IMG/VR virus record: IMGVR_UViG_3300042197_003184
Location: 64,001-128,000 of that record
Reading direction: 5' to 3' (one strand)
Source of the DNA: a virus
Length of the DNA: 64,000 bases
Both the position numbers and the translations under genes were made by a program. This document shows positions 31,661 to 41,783 of the stretch, piece after piece (within the stretch, counting starts at the first letter, position 1; each line of letters starts with the position of its first letter). Below the pieces are notes generated by a model. It had not been told where the DNA came from. It searched no databases and saw only the letters and a program-made list of their open reading frames with translations.

Positions 31661-33101
31661 CGCTAGTGTCTGTTTCATTGACTAAAAATCCACCTTTATC
31701 TTGTTTATTATTGTGCATTAGTTCCAGTCGTGTTTGACCTTCTGTAATTTTAGCACACCAACCCTTCATATGACAATTAATATAATCGTTATCGTCCAAA
31801 CCTCCGCCATGACGACTAATTAAGGGAACCAATTTACGATTACCATGATTAGGTCCGTCTTCAGCTATTTCCTCGTCCGATTTTCTTTTGAAAATAGAGA
31901 AGTTGCTACATAACCAAATAATCCTGTCCGAACCGCTTGCCGTATCAGTGCTTTCTTTGGTGATGCCGTCTCGATTTAATTGTATGAATGCCACTATTGG
32001 TACTTGATATCTAACGGCAAAATTATGTAGTGCAGTCATCATAAATCCAAGCACCTGATATTCTTTGAGATCCTGACTAATCCCAGCACTATCCATAAGT
32101 TTTAGGTAGTCATAAAATATCACGCATTCTTTTGCTGTTCCGTCGTCATTTAAGCCAACCTCTTTAAGAAGCCACCTTCTCATAATCGCTAATTGTTCCT
32201 CGAATGGTTTTCCGGCTATAGATTTATGATACCATCTGCTTTTCTTAAGCACCCCAGCGGCCTGCTCTATTTTAGCTTTCTTGTCTGGAGAATCTGCAAA
32301 TTTACCTGTTTCTATAGCATTAATTTCTGTTTCTGTCATCATGGCTAAAATTCTATGAATATGATCCTCTTTATTCATTTCTGTATCCATATTCAAAACA
32401 GGCAACCCTGCTGTATTAGCTATGTATTGACCCATATTGTCTGATAAAAGAGTTTTACCTGTTTTTGGTCTGGCAGCAATAACATTTACAGTACCCTTTC
32501 TTAAGCCTCCTCCGATTGACTGGTCGTATATAGGAAAACCTGTGGATATACCAACCTGATCAACTTTATTGTCAACTAATCGAACCAAATAATCATCTAT
32601 GTCTTTACCAAAACATACAGGATGATTGTCTGTATCATTTAGTAAAGAAGAGAAATTAAAAACGGTGTCTTCCGCTATTCCTAATATAGAGGCTATTGGT
32701 TCGCTACCGTTGATCTCTAATAGCTTGTCTTGTGCCTGCTCTAGCTGTTTGCGTAAAAGCCTAGTGATTTCTAGCTTTCTAATTTTAGCAGCAAATTTCC
32801 TAACATTTTCTATGTTAACAGGAAAATCTATTATGGCTTTCAGATGTTGAATTTCTTCTTTTTTGGATAAGATGTGTCCAAAATTTAATTCTTGTGCTAC
32901 AGAAAAAATCGAAGCTATATCTATGCTTGGTTTGTGTTCTTTTTCGCATATGGTTTTAAGACAAGTATATATGATACTATTGCTGTCGATAGTAAAAGTC
33001 GAGGGTTGTAGAATATCTGTCACATCCAGATATGCGTCTTCTCCAAACTTACATATACCAGCCAATACGGCTCTTTCAGCCGAAGGATCGCACAAAATCA
33101 T
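31635..33101 (-). CDS. dnaB: Replicative DNA helicase
   Basis: AERAVLAG, GISTGF, AARPKTGKT, FYDYLKL, QLNR. Confidence 0.92.
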   Translation of the reverse strand: MILCDPSAERAVLAGICKFGEDAYLDVTDILQPSTFTIDSNSIIYTCLKTICEKEHKPSIDIASIFSVAQELNFGHILSKKEEIQHLKAIIDFPVNIENVRKFAAKIRKLEITRLLRKQLEQAQDKLLEINGSEPIASILGIAEDTVFNFSSLLNDTDNHPVCFGKDIDDYLVRLVDNKVDQVGISTGFPIYDQSIGGGLRKGTVNVIAARPKTGKTLLSDNMGQYIANTAGLPVLNMDTEMNKEDHIHRILAMMTETEINAIETGKFADSPDKKAKIEQAAGVLKKSRWYHKSIAGKPFEEQLAIMRRWLLKEVGLNDDGTAKECVIFYDYLKLMDSAGISQDLKEYQVLGFMMTALHNFAVRYQVPIVAFIQLNRDGITKESTDTASGSDRIIWLCSNFSIFKRKSDEEIAEDGPNHGNRKLVPLISRHGGGLDDNDYINCHMKGWCAKITEGQTRLELMHNNKQDKGGFLVNETDTSDEEEILFE

Positions 33102-33114
33102 AACGGTTCCTTAT

Positions 33115-33498
33115 TTATCCAGCTTGTGTTGCACAATTATTGCACTTGTATCTTTCTGGTGCCTCAAATAACAGTGATGGGCTTATGGTTTCTTTTCTGC
33201 CACACACACGGCACGTTACATCAATCATATGAAAAGATCTGGATCGTGCAACGGGAGGAAACTTAGACAGTTTCTTATCCACTGAGATGTCGTCTTTATG
33301 CATATCTTTTTCCGACATTTGCAAAAACTTATTACTTGATTGTTCGCCAGCCTTTGTTTTTCTTCTGCCTCTAGTTTTTATAGGAGAAGACTGTTTTTCG
33401 CTGGTAATATTGCTATCGTCGCTAGGTAACATACTTTGTAACAAAGTTATGAGACTTTTTAGTTGGTCGGGATTTTTAGTTAAATCATTGAGATCCAT
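33115..33498 (-). CDS. Hypothetical protein with C-terminal zinc ribbon
   Basis: CRVC...CNNC. Confidence 0.6.
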   Translation of the reverse strand: MDLNDLTKNPDQLKSLITLLQSMLPSDDSNITSEKQSSPIKTRGRRKTKAGEQSSNKFLQMSEKDMHKDDISVDKKLSKFPPVARSRSFHMIDVTCRVCGRKETISPSLLFEAPERYKCNNCATQAG

Positions 33499-33970
33499 GT
33501 TTCACCTTTGTTTTTTGAATTGACAACATAATATCCGATAAGTGTTTTATACTATTAGCCAAATATTGAAGTCTATCGCTGCGTTGTTTGGCGTACTTTT
33601 TGATCTTATTTAAGGCAGTAGCTTTCTCATTATTATTGATGGCTTGACCAGCCTTTTCAACGTACCCATACCCTTTATAATTATTCAATTCATTGGCTAT
33701 GGTTTCTTTGATGGTTTCGTCAGCCCAATTCAAACGAGATATTTCTCGATTAATGGATCTTTGCACATGAAAAGCAAATTGTCCTAATCTGTAGGCTATT
33801 TCACCGCAAGTCTCCGGTGTAGTTTTCTCCAGTTCGTCCCTACTCATCTGAAAATAATTGTTAAGTTCTTCCTCAGGAAAAGCATCGGCTCTGTATGTTC
33901 CAAGACCGATACTTTTTTCGTATTCGTCTAGAACTTTATCCCACTCATTCACTTGTTCTTTAGTGTTCAT
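33485..33970 (-). CDS. Helical hypothetical protein, possibly UvsY-like recombination mediator
   Basis: Coiled-coil character and position near recA; function is speculative. Confidence 0.45.
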   Translation of the reverse strand: MNTKEQVNEWDKVLDEYEKSIGLGTYRADAFPEEELNNYFQMSRDELEKTTPETCGEIAYRLGQFAFHVQRSINREISRLNWADETIKETIANELNNYKGYGYVEKAGQAINNNEKATALNKIKKYAKQRSDRLQYLANSIKHLSDIMLSIQKTKVKHGSQ

Positions 33971-34367
33971 TTTTGATCCTTGATACCCACTGTTCCATTT
34001 GGTCGAACGGTAATTCGATATATTCAATACCGTTTAATTCACACCAATCTTTTTTGTCTTGATCTCTTTTCTTGTGTCTTATGAAGCCTAATGCTGTGTT
34101 ATGGAAAAACCTACTAAATTTGTAATGTTGTTCGCCATGAACTTCTACGCACCGTTTAATTAGTGGCAAATAAAAGTCTAAATATAAAGTTTCTGATCTT
34201 CTAACATTAACGGGTACTTCTTCTAATACTTGCAGTGTTGGAAAACACTCATGAATTAAATTTCTGGCCTGTAAATGTAGACTAGATTTATTTTGAATAG
34301 ATCCATGAGCAATATTACCAATTAGTTGCCAATTATAAGAATTACCATCTAAATCTTTTACTTGCAT
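33960..34367 (-). CDS. DUF559/Vsr-like endonuclease
   Basis: LDFYLP..VEVHGEQHY..RDQDKKDWCELNGI. Confidence 0.75.
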   Translation of the reverse strand: MQVKDLDGNSYNWQLIGNIAHGSIQNKSSLHLQARNLIHECFPTLQVLEEVPVNVRRSETLYLDFYLPLIKRCVEVHGEQHYKFSRFFHNTALGFIRHKKRDQDKKDWCELNGIEYIELPFDQMEQWVSRIKNEH

Positions 34368-35377
34368 TTGATTCCCATAGTATCCTTAACCTTTGTCCAT
34401 AAGTCTTCATAGACTTCGGGATGATCAACTAGATATTGTCTCGTTTTTTCAAGTCCCTGGAACTTGGGCTTGTCCTCAACAGACGACATAGTATACCATG
34501 CTCCGCCCTTTGACACAAGCCCCAAATCTACAGCCAGAGTCAATAATTCCATCTGCTTATCAATTCCCTGTCCGTATCTGATATAGCTGGTAATCTTGCC
34601 TCCGGGAGCACCCAAAGCAGAACAAACTACCTGCCAATGTACCTCTTGTCCAATCTGAGGACTATCAGTACTTAATGTCCATGGACTAAAATAATTAGCT
34701 TTAAGCTTTATGTCTGTCTGATATGCAATGGCCTGACCTGATTTCTCTTTCCATTCGCTATGACCCATACCAGGATTACCCATTTGGTGAGTGATTCCTA
34801 TCACAATATTTCTATTAACAGGGATAACATTAGCCACCTTCCTGCAAAACTTAGCTAATAACTTAGCACCATCAGCTCTTTGCATCTTGTTCATTTCACT
34901 AGTAATCTCAGCTTCTGTACAAAGAGCAGAATAAGAGTCTATAATCACCACAGACCCAGGAATCTCATTAATAATTCTTTCACCTATCTGTAGATATTCT
35001 TCTGCATGTAAAATCTTACCTTCTTGAGATCCTATAATATTGAATCTGTCTAGATCTAATCCTGGTATACCTTCTAGATCTCTCTTTTTCAATCTACCTT
35101 CGATATTTAGGTAGTACACTTCTCTACCATCCTTGAATGATCCGTGGGCGTACTCTTTCTTTTGAGCGGTGGCACAGAAGTCCAAAGATGTTGTAGTCTT
35201 GCCGCATTTGGGCTGTCCCGTAAAGATAACAAAACTTCCCTCTGGGATACCCCCATTTAAAACAACGTCCAGTGCGGGGCTGACCGGAATATTGATCAGC
35301 TTTTTATCGATAACAGAATTAGCTGTCAACATAATATTGTCGCCAAAATTTTTCTTTACGTCTTCTTTAAGTGCCAT
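34358..35377 (-). CDS. recA: RecA/UvsX-like recombinase
   Basis: LDVVLNGGIPEG, GQPKCGKTT, IIDSYSAL, YGQGIDK, KGGAWY. Confidence 0.9.
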   Translation of the reverse strand: MALKEDVKKNFGDNIMLTANSVIDKKLINIPVSPALDVVLNGGIPEGSFVIFTGQPKCGKTTTSLDFCATAQKKEYAHGSFKDGREVYYLNIEGRLKKRDLEGIPGLDLDRFNIIGSQEGKILHAEEYLQIGERIINEIPGSVVIIDSYSALCTEAEITSEMNKMQRADGAKLLAKFCRKVANVIPVNRNIVIGITHQMGNPGMGHSEWKEKSGQAIAYQTDIKLKANYFSPWTLSTDSPQIGQEVHWQVVCSALGAPGGKITSYIRYGQGIDKQMELLTLAVDLGLVSKGGAWYTMSSVEDKPKFQGLEKTRQYLVDHPEVYEDLWTKVKDTMGIKCK

Positions 35378-35792
35378 CGTCTAGGTCCTTTAATTTGGAA
35401 AGTATATTTTTTTTGTCGATACTATTGATTTTGTATGTTTTGTTTTCTTTTCTGTCAAGCTCCAGACTTAGTGTCTGGTTTTGGCTGTCTAGAATTTTCT
35501 GTTGTTGCTCTATAATAGGTAAGAGATGAGGAGCACGTAAGGAATAAATTTTTGATGCTTCCGGTGTGTTCAATGCCTTAACTATTGCCATTTCCGAATA
35601 TGTTTTTAGCAGCTTATTGGCGCTGCCGATTTGATTCCTATAATAAGCAGCCCATTTGGCACTGGCCCAAAACCTGTGATGCAAGTCTTGGCCTGTCATT
35701 TTAGCCTTCTTCTCGCATATGATCTCTGTGATGTATTGTGCCGCAGAAACTAGCTTACCATTCGAATATTTCGAAGGGTATTTATTGGCCAT
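35367..35792 (-). CDS. Hypothetical protein
   Basis: 141-aa ORF in the tightly packed operon. Confidence 0.65.
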   Translation of the reverse strand: MANKYPSKYSNGKLVSAAQYITEIICEKKAKMTGQDLHHRFWASAKWAAYYRNQIGSANKLLKTYSEMAIVKALNTPEASKIYSLRAPHLLPIIEQQQKILDSQNQTLSLELDRKENKTYKINSIDKKNILSKLKDLDDGT

Positions 35793-35795
35793 GGA

Positions 35796-36146
35796 TCATC
35801 CGTTGGGTCTAAAAATATTTTTCTGGATATTAGGATTCGTTTGATATTGCTGTCGAGCGTGATCGTTTACTTCGGACGCTTCTTTTGTCATAATAGCCAC
35901 ACTGTTGGTTTTTTTAGCAGAAGTGTGTCTTATCATTAAATCTTTGGATGATTGTTTAGTGTTTTGACCAACGGGTTCTGCTTTGGTCGGTATGCTAGCA
36001 TTATTTGCTAAATTTACATTTTTTTCCAAGACACTATTGATTTGTTTATTTTCTAGACTTAATTCTGTTGATATATCATCAACGGACATGCCAGTGCTAT
36101 TTAACCATAAAATTGCATATTTTTGTGTTTTATTTAGTCTAGCCAT
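35796..36146 (-). CDS. Hypothetical HTH protein
   Basis: GMSVDDISTELSL HTH-like N-terminus. Confidence 0.55.
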   Translation of the reverse strand: MARLNKTQKYAILWLNSTGMSVDDISTELSLENKQINSVLEKNVNLANNASIPTKAEPVGQNTKQSSKDLMIRHTSAKKTNSVAIMTKEASEVNDHARQQYQTNPNIQKNIFRPNG

Positions 36147-36529
36147 TACAAAATCTCTCTTTCTGCATTATGTAACCATGATGTGTTTTTGGTTCTTAAA
36201 AAACTAATATACATATCAAAAACCTTTTGGTTTACTTCTCGGAATTTAGATCCAGGTTTACAAACCCTGTCTAGGAAACTACTGGTTTTATCTCCATATA
36301 AAGATATTGGATTATAAATATTGCCATTAATGTTGATCTTAATATAGTTTTTATGTGTCCCGTCCGCCCTATAAACCTTCTTAGCTAATACTTGATCTGT
36401 TTCTTCTGATAATCTTGGATTATTATCATTATCTTTATAGTCTTCTGTGCCCGTTATGGTATAGAATTCATCTGGTTTGGACTTATTAGAAACAGTATTT
36501 TGTTTTGGTTGGTATATGTATTCACTCAT
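36146..36529 (-). CDS. Hypothetical protein, paralog of 37233-37637
   Basis: Shared FYT..G..D..D....PRL, F.D..CK..FREV and Y...L.TK...WL..A.REI. Confidence 0.7.
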   Translation of the reverse strand: MSEYIYQPKQNTVSNKSKPDEFYTITGTEDYKDNDNNPRLSEETDQVLAKKVYRADGTHKNYIKININGNIYNPISLYGDKTSSFLDRVCKPGSKFREVNQKVFDMYISFLRTKNTSWLHNAEREIL

Positions 36530-36896
36530 TAATAGAGTCCTTAGATGTGGTTTTTAGTTCCGCTTGTTCTATAGAAGCCTGTAAGGTTGTTTCAAAAAAA
36601 CCAAAGAAAGCATCCATATACTCTTTATAGTCTTTGTGTGGAGGTATGGGAATGTGGTATGTTCTAACACAAAGCTCTTTGGATCCTATTGTTTGTCCGT
36701 CTTCGTTTTGTTCTAATACATTAGCATTAATAGAAAATACAATTTCGTGTGGACAATCTATAAGTTTAGTGTCCTCAGGAAAAAAATTCGATTCTCCTTC
36801 AAAAATTCTTTCTTTGATAAGTTCGTATTGTTCTGGGTCCAGAATACCCCTAAGTTTATCTAGGATATCTCCATTATGATTTTCGTTTATGTCCAT
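36522..36896 (-). CDS. Hypothetical protein
   Basis: 124-aa ORF overlapping both neighbours. Confidence 0.6.
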   Translation of the reverse strand: MDINENHNGDILDKLRGILDPEQYELIKERIFEGESNFFPEDTKLIDCPHEIVFSINANVLEQNEDGQTIGSKELCVRTYHIPIPPHKDYKEYMDAFFGFFETTLQASIEQAELKTTSKDSINE

Positions 36897-37231
36897 TTAG
36901 TTCCTTTACTTTTTTGCATTCTTGTCATACCGCTTGGCAAATCCGACAAAGGCCCGGTATCTCTATAGGCGTTGTGTTTTGTATGTAAGGCTTGTTTTTG
37001 GTCTTCACTCATTCTGTCCCTATTCCTATTTGCCAGATCTCCAAGTGTTTTTAATTCGCTGTCTGTCTTTATAACAGAAGCGGCCATATTAGTTAAGTCA
37101 TCTTGATACGATCTGTATGTTTGAGAAGCTTTGCAATGAGCACATTGTGGATTCTCTTTGTATTGAGCAATGGTGAAGAATAGTTCGAATTTGTGATGAC
37201 ATTTATCACATTGATATGTATATGTCGGCAT
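36887..37231 (-). CDS. FmdB-family zinc ribbon protein
   Basis: MPTYTYQCDKCHHKFE...CAHC. Confidence 0.85.
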   Translation of the reverse strand: MPTYTYQCDKCHHKFELFFTIAQYKENPQCAHCKASQTYRSYQDDLTNMAASVIKTDSELKTLGDLANRNRDRMSEDQKQALHTKHNAYRDTGPLSDLPSGMTRMQKSKGTKWT

Positions 37232-37232
37232 T

Positions 37233-37637
37233 TTATCTAATTTCTCTTTGAGCACTAATTAGCCATTGTGTGCTCTTGGTTTTTAAATAGTTAATATACT
37301 TATTGAATATAGATTCACTCACTTCTCTAAAATCTGATTCTGTTTTACATATCTTATCTATAAAAGAAGCTTTGGGTTTTTCTATGGTATATAGTTGCAC
37401 GGGGTCTACTATATTTTTATTAGGGTCTGTTCTGATATAAAATCGATAACCATAGGTTGTGCTGTTCATATGTTTCGATTGTTTATTCTTAATAGCTTTT
37501 GCAAACACTTTGGTATTCTCTGTGTTTAGTCTAGGTGCTCCATCGTCGTCGTAGAAGTCTTGTGAGCCATTAACGGTATAAAACTTGGTATCTGGTTCTG
37601 TTTGTTTGGTGTTGAATTCTTGTAAATTAACTCGCAT
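37233..37637 (-). CDS. Hypothetical protein, paralog of 36146-36529
   Basis: Motifs shared with 36146-36529. Confidence 0.7.
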   Translation of the reverse strand: MRVNLQEFNTKQTEPDTKFYTVNGSQDFYDDDGAPRLNTENTKVFAKAIKNKQSKHMNSTTYGYRFYIRTDPNKNIVDPVQLYTIEKPKASFIDKICKTESDFREVSESIFNKYINYLKTKSTQWLISAQREIR

Positions 37638-38232
37638 AATATGTACTGTAAAAAGGATATGAGTCTGGTAAAAATAGTTTCCACTCTTGTGGTATGTCTG
37701 ATCTTATCCTAACTAAAAACGATGAGATTGGCAAGTACTTAGGTCCTTTATTTGGTATGGTAGGTAAATTTTTTAATGGCATATTTGCTTGTTTGGGTGT
37801 TTTATTTCCCTTTTTATGGTTACAGCTTATACAGGCAGTTACTATGTTTTGCCAGTTAGTAGGCGACCCTTTTTCATAATTCCATGCAGATTTTGGTATA
37901 ACATGATCGTATGTCAACATTTTAATATGATATTTATCGCCACAATATTGACACGTAAAATCATCTCTAATGAAAAGATTTTTTCGAGAAAAATTAACCT
38001 TCTGATTATGCAAACGAAAATACTTTGCAGTTTTTACTACTGCTGGTATTGGAATTTTTTTATTATTAACACCACATATAAAATCATCTTTATAAAAATC
38101 AATGATTTCCACCCCCAGTTGGGGGTTGTGTTCGTGTGTTACAGACCAAACTATAGCTCTTTTCCAGTCTATTATACTTAGTGGAGAATAATCAGCATTA
38201 AGTACTAGACATTTACTGTTGCGAATTTGCAT
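37627..38232 (-). CDS. HNH endonuclease
   Basis: LVLNADYSPL, RDDFTCQYCG, TYDHVIP, NIVTACISCNHKKG. Confidence 0.92.
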   Translation of the reverse strand: MQIRNSKCLVLNADYSPLSIIDWKRAIVWSVTHEHNPQLGVEIIDFYKDDFICGVNNKKIPIPAVVKTAKYFRLHNQKVNFSRKNLFIRDDFTCQYCGDKYHIKMLTYDHVIPKSAWNYEKGSPTNWQNIVTACISCNHKKGNKTPKQANMPLKNLPTIPNKGPKYLPISSFLVRIRSDIPQEWKLFLPDSYPFYSTYYAS

Positions 38233-38944
38233 TTTCGTATGAGTCTAATCGTCCTATGATTTTTCCTATAATTGGATGTCTAACAATATCTGAGTGATCC
38301 AGTCTGGATACTCCTATACCTTCTAGACCTTCCAGAACACTGATCATATTATAGAAGCCTCCCTGCATATGTCTATGTAGGTCTGATTGGCTTACGTCTC
38401 CTGTCAGTACCATCTTACTGTTATTGCCTATTCTTGTCAATAACATTTTAAGTTGGTCATATGAGGCATTTTGACATTCATCCGCAACGATAAACGCATT
38501 ATGAAAATTACGACCCCTCATCAGTCCCAATGGCACTATTTCTATTTTATTATTAGTTTTCAAACCTGTATATTGCGATGTAGATATAAAGTGATTAACC
38601 TCATCTAATAAAGGCAATAAATATGGATGTATCTTTTCTTCGGCTGTTCCTGGTAAATAACCTATTTTTTCTCCGGACTCTACTACTGGTCTGGTGATAA
38701 CAATCTTAGATATTTTTTCATCTAACAAATATTCTAAAGCCATACCTATAGCAATATGTGTTTTGCCACTACCGGCAACACCTTGACAAAAGGTAATAAC
38801 GTTTTCAGCAACAGTACGAATATATTCTTTTTGATTAACTGTTCTGGGTTTTAATCTGTTTCTATAGATTGGTGAGGAAGGGAGGAGATCATTGGTGGCG
38901 TCGATAACCTTATTTTTTTTCTTAGAGTTTTTTCTGTTTCTCAA
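38213..38944 (-). CDS. phoH: PhoH-family ATPase
   Basis: GVAGSGKT, RPVVESGE.IGYLPG, MRGR, DECQN, LTRIG, GDVSQSD, DIVRHP. Confidence 0.95.
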   Translation of the reverse strand: MRNRKNSKKKNKVIDATNDLLPSSPIYRNRLKPRTVNQKEYIRTVAENVITFCQGVAGSGKTHIAIGMALEYLLDEKISKIVITRPVVESGEKIGYLPGTAEEKIHPYLLPLLDEVNHFISTSQYTGLKTNNKIEIVPLGLMRGRNFHNAFIVADECQNASYDQLKMLLTRIGNNSKMVLTGDVSQSDLHRHMQGGFYNMISVLEGLEGIGVSRLDHSDIVRHPIIGKIIGRLDSYENANSQQ

Positions 38945-38990
38945 GTTATGCCCTTTACTACAGAGGATTAGTGTACCAACATACTATTAA

Positions 38991-38998
38991 TATACACC
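38991..38998 (-). promoter_or_regulatory. GGTGTATA intergenic motif (candidate phage promoter) upstream of phoH
   Basis: Same motif recurs in five other intergenic gaps and at one gene end. Confidence 0.5.
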
Positions 38999-39014
38999 GC
39001 TTACTGTAGTTATG

Positions 39015-39443
39015 TTATTTTATACCACTAGAACCAAATCCATTAACCGATCTATTAGAATCAGTCAAATCTTCTACTTCGGTCAAAGGTAGACAAAGAT
39101 GTTGTTCAAATATAATTTGAGCAATCCTGTCTCCTTGTTTGATTTCATATGTGTTGTCTTTGTCTGTATTGAAAAGCAGAACACATATTTCTCCTCTATA
39201 TCCGGAATCTACAACACCGGCTAACACATCAATACCGCGCTTTAATGCAAGGCCCGATCTTGGGGCTATTCTTCCGTAAATTGATTGTGATGGTATCTCT
39301 AGACTGATTCCCGTATGTATCAATGCTCGTGACAAAGGCGGAATGTCAATATTTTCAATCGAGTATAAATCGGCACCAGCATCTGTCTCATTAGCTCTTT
39401 TGGGTATTGTTGCTAACGGATGGATTTTTTTGACTTTAATCAT
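39015..39443 (-). CDS. dut: dUTPase
   Basis: AGADL, GRIAPRSGLA, GVVDSGYRGE, GDRIAQ, GFGSSG; TAATG overlap with the RNR stop. Confidence 0.95.
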   Translation of the reverse strand: MIKVKKIHPLATIPKRANETDAGADLYSIENIDIPPLSRALIHTGISLEIPSQSIYGRIAPRSGLALKRGIDVLAGVVDSGYRGEICVLLFNTDKDNTYEIKQGDRIAQIIFEQHLCLPLTEVEDLTDSNRSVNGFGSSGIK

Positions 39444-41638
39444 TATAGTAAACATGCCCCGCCAGCACAACTTATCTCTTCAATACCTGCCGTATTGTCT
39501 TCTGTTTCCAATAGTTGTGTATAGTCTACCTTCTTAAAGCTATTAAATAGATCACAATATATTTTCCAATTATAAACATCTTTCATACAATAGGTTAATC
39601 GTTTAACATCTCCTTCAAAATACTTACCTGCAAAATTCTTCATTTTAGTAACAAACTTTAACCTACTAGCGTCATCATCTTCTTTTGCTTGATTCATACT
39701 AACATAGTCGCAGGCTGCCCATAGATTATTATTAAAAGCATTTAAACCCAACTCTATTAGTCCAGAACACCACAAAGCCGCATCTCCGTATTCTTTTACT
39801 ATCTCACGACTAGAATAAACCGTAGTAAATGGAGCTTGTGGATAATCCTTATCTCCGCTTTGAGGAATAAGACTAATTCCGGCAAAATACTTTCTATTAT
39901 TGTAGATATATTTTGTTACATCATCCCATTCATCAGGTTTAACGGTAACGGTATTACTCACATTATGACTCAGATATTCCTGAGTACACAATGATCGATT
40001 TTTACCAGAATAGACCCAATTCTTTTGAGTATCTTTGACTATAGATAGCATTTCTACTGCTGGTAATTGATTCTTTAGTTTTGCACCATCTGGGACCTCT
40101 ATTGGGAATTTAACAACCTCATCTGTATTATTGGCCGACCACGAAGACTTCTCACAGGCTTGTGGGTTATAAGATTTAAAGTGTTGGTATGGTGCTTCTA
40201 AAATATTGGCTTGTACGTGTCTTATATATCGTTTAGCGTGATGCGGATGAATACCAGACGATGTTCCCAACATAGAACTAGAAGTTCCTTCTGGCTTTAA
40301 GCAGGTTACTCTAGCGGCCTGATTGATACCAATCTTTTTAGATATTTCCTTGTTAGTTTCTACCGCTATTTTAGCCCCTTGCTTGAGAGTTTTTTCTGTT
40401 AGTACAACATCATGCTTTTCCATAATACCGGTCAATGATACTCCTAGCAAAGCTTCTCTTTCAAAGATTTTTTGGCTAATTTCGCCCAAATAATCTAACT
40501 TGGTAAAACCAGCTTGTAATGTACCTATAATTGCAGCAGCCTTGCAACGCTCATAAAAATCGTCCTCATCTGCAACACTAGAGCAATTAATGGTTGATAG
40601 ATTACAGCCCTGCCACCCACTCTTTCCGCTTTCCTCATCCACCGGCCACATACCCACCTCTACACACGGATTAAAAGTCATCTCTGTGGAATCGCTCCAT
40701 ATAAATCCTGGCTCTCCGAATTCTTTAACGCTTTCCATTAGAGTTTGAAATTCTTCTAGAGATGTATCGTCTTTGAGTAATAAGGCTGAATTGTTGCTTC
40801 TTGCTCTTTGGGGATTTTCCATATACCAATTACCGGTTTTGGCTTTTGCCATTTCTTCATCATTAGCACTAAATAAAGCTAATGACGCACTACGCCGAAC
40901 ACCACCCGATAGGACAGCATCACTGCTGTGCATAATAATATCATATGCGTCTAGCGGACGTAGTTTCTTTTGTCCAGATGCTACACATCTATCTAATAGC
41001 GCTCTAATTTTTTCAAGACCATTTTGTAACGGTTCAAATCCTGGAGCTTTGCCTACTCCAGACGATAAAGAGGCGCCTTTAGATCTAATATTAGAATAAT
41101 CAAAAACTACATAATGATCTTTGTATTCTTTGAAACGATCTTCTGCTGGTTTAACAAAATATGAGCTTAATAGAACACCAAGAGCATCTGCCCAGCCTTC
41201 GATACTATCTTCAATAACATATTTCTTGCCTTGTTCAGCTTTTGGTTCGTGAGATAATGCTGGTAGTTTAGCCACATGGTGCTTCTGCACACTAAATCCT
41301 GTGCCGCTACCACACAACAATAACCAAAAACACTCTTGGAAAAATCGTAGACGATCACAGTAAGAGCTTGTACAGTTATAGATCTTGGCGTGACGCTTTA
41401 GAATAGGGTCTCCGCCAAACTGTAGGGCTCTTTGAGATCCTAATACTTTCTTTTTATACATCATGTCGTATGCCCAATCTATATCATTTCCGATATTTTT
41501 ATCAGCATACATAGTGTGCATCATATCTCGCACTCTATCAACTGCTTCTTTCCATGTTTCTCTGCGATTCTTGTCTTCTAACCAACGAGCATATTTACTA
41601 ACAAATGTATAGTTCTGTAATTCTTGAAGCGCAGACAT
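39443..41638 (-). CDS. nrdJ: Class II (B12-dependent) ribonucleotide reductase
   Basis: YNC, GGVRRSA, NPCVE active site, GCNL, TCLKPEGT, C-terminal CAGGAC; no small subunit nearby. Confidence 0.9.
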   Translation of the reverse strand: MSALQELQNYTFVSKYARWLEDKNRRETWKEAVDRVRDMMHTMYADKNIGNDIDWAYDMMYKKKVLGSQRALQFGGDPILKRHAKIYNCTSSYCDRLRFFQECFWLLLCGSGTGFSVQKHHVAKLPALSHEPKAEQGKKYVIEDSIEGWADALGVLLSSYFVKPAEDRFKEYKDHYVVFDYSNIRSKGASLSSGVGKAPGFEPLQNGLEKIRALLDRCVASGQKKLRPLDAYDIIMHSSDAVLSGGVRRSASLALFSANDEEMAKAKTGNWYMENPQRARSNNSALLLKDDTSLEEFQTLMESVKEFGEPGFIWSDSTEMTFNPCVEVGMWPVDEESGKSGWQGCNLSTINCSSVADEDDFYERCKAAAIIGTLQAGFTKLDYLGEISQKIFEREALLGVSLTGIMEKHDVVLTEKTLKQGAKIAVETNKEISKKIGINQAARVTCLKPEGTSSSMLGTSSGIHPHHAKRYIRHVQANILEAPYQHFKSYNPQACEKSSWSANNTDEVVKFPIEVPDGAKLKNQLPAVEMLSIVKDTQKNWVYSGKNRSLCTQEYLSHNVSNTVTVKPDEWDDVTKYIYNNRKYFAGISLIPQSGDKDYPQAPFTTVYSSREIVKEYGDAALWCSGLIELGLNAFNNNLWAACDYVSMNQAKEDDDASRLKFVTKMKNFAGKYFEGDVKRLTYCMKDVYNWKIYCDLFNSFKKVDYTQLLETEDNTAGIEEISCAGGACLL

Positions 41639-41639
41639 A

Positions 41640-41783
41640 TTATCTCCTACTTGATAATGCTAAAAATGCTAGGGTAATGGTGATCAAAATATTCATCATG
41701 ATTGTGCTGTTTGAATCACCTTTGTATATTGAATGAATAGAGCACATTAAAGATATGAAAAAACAAACCGTAGATGTATTCAT
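41640..41783 (-). CDS. 47-aa putative membrane protein (not in the ORF track)
   Basis: Hand translation MNTSTVCFFISLMCSIHSIYKGDSNSTIMMNILITITLAFLALSSRR; ATGA overlap with the upstream gene; its end supplies the AGGAG RBS of nrdJ. Confidence 0.55.
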   Translation of the reverse strand: MNTSTVCFFISLMCSIHSIYKGDSNSTIMMNILITITLAFLALSSRR

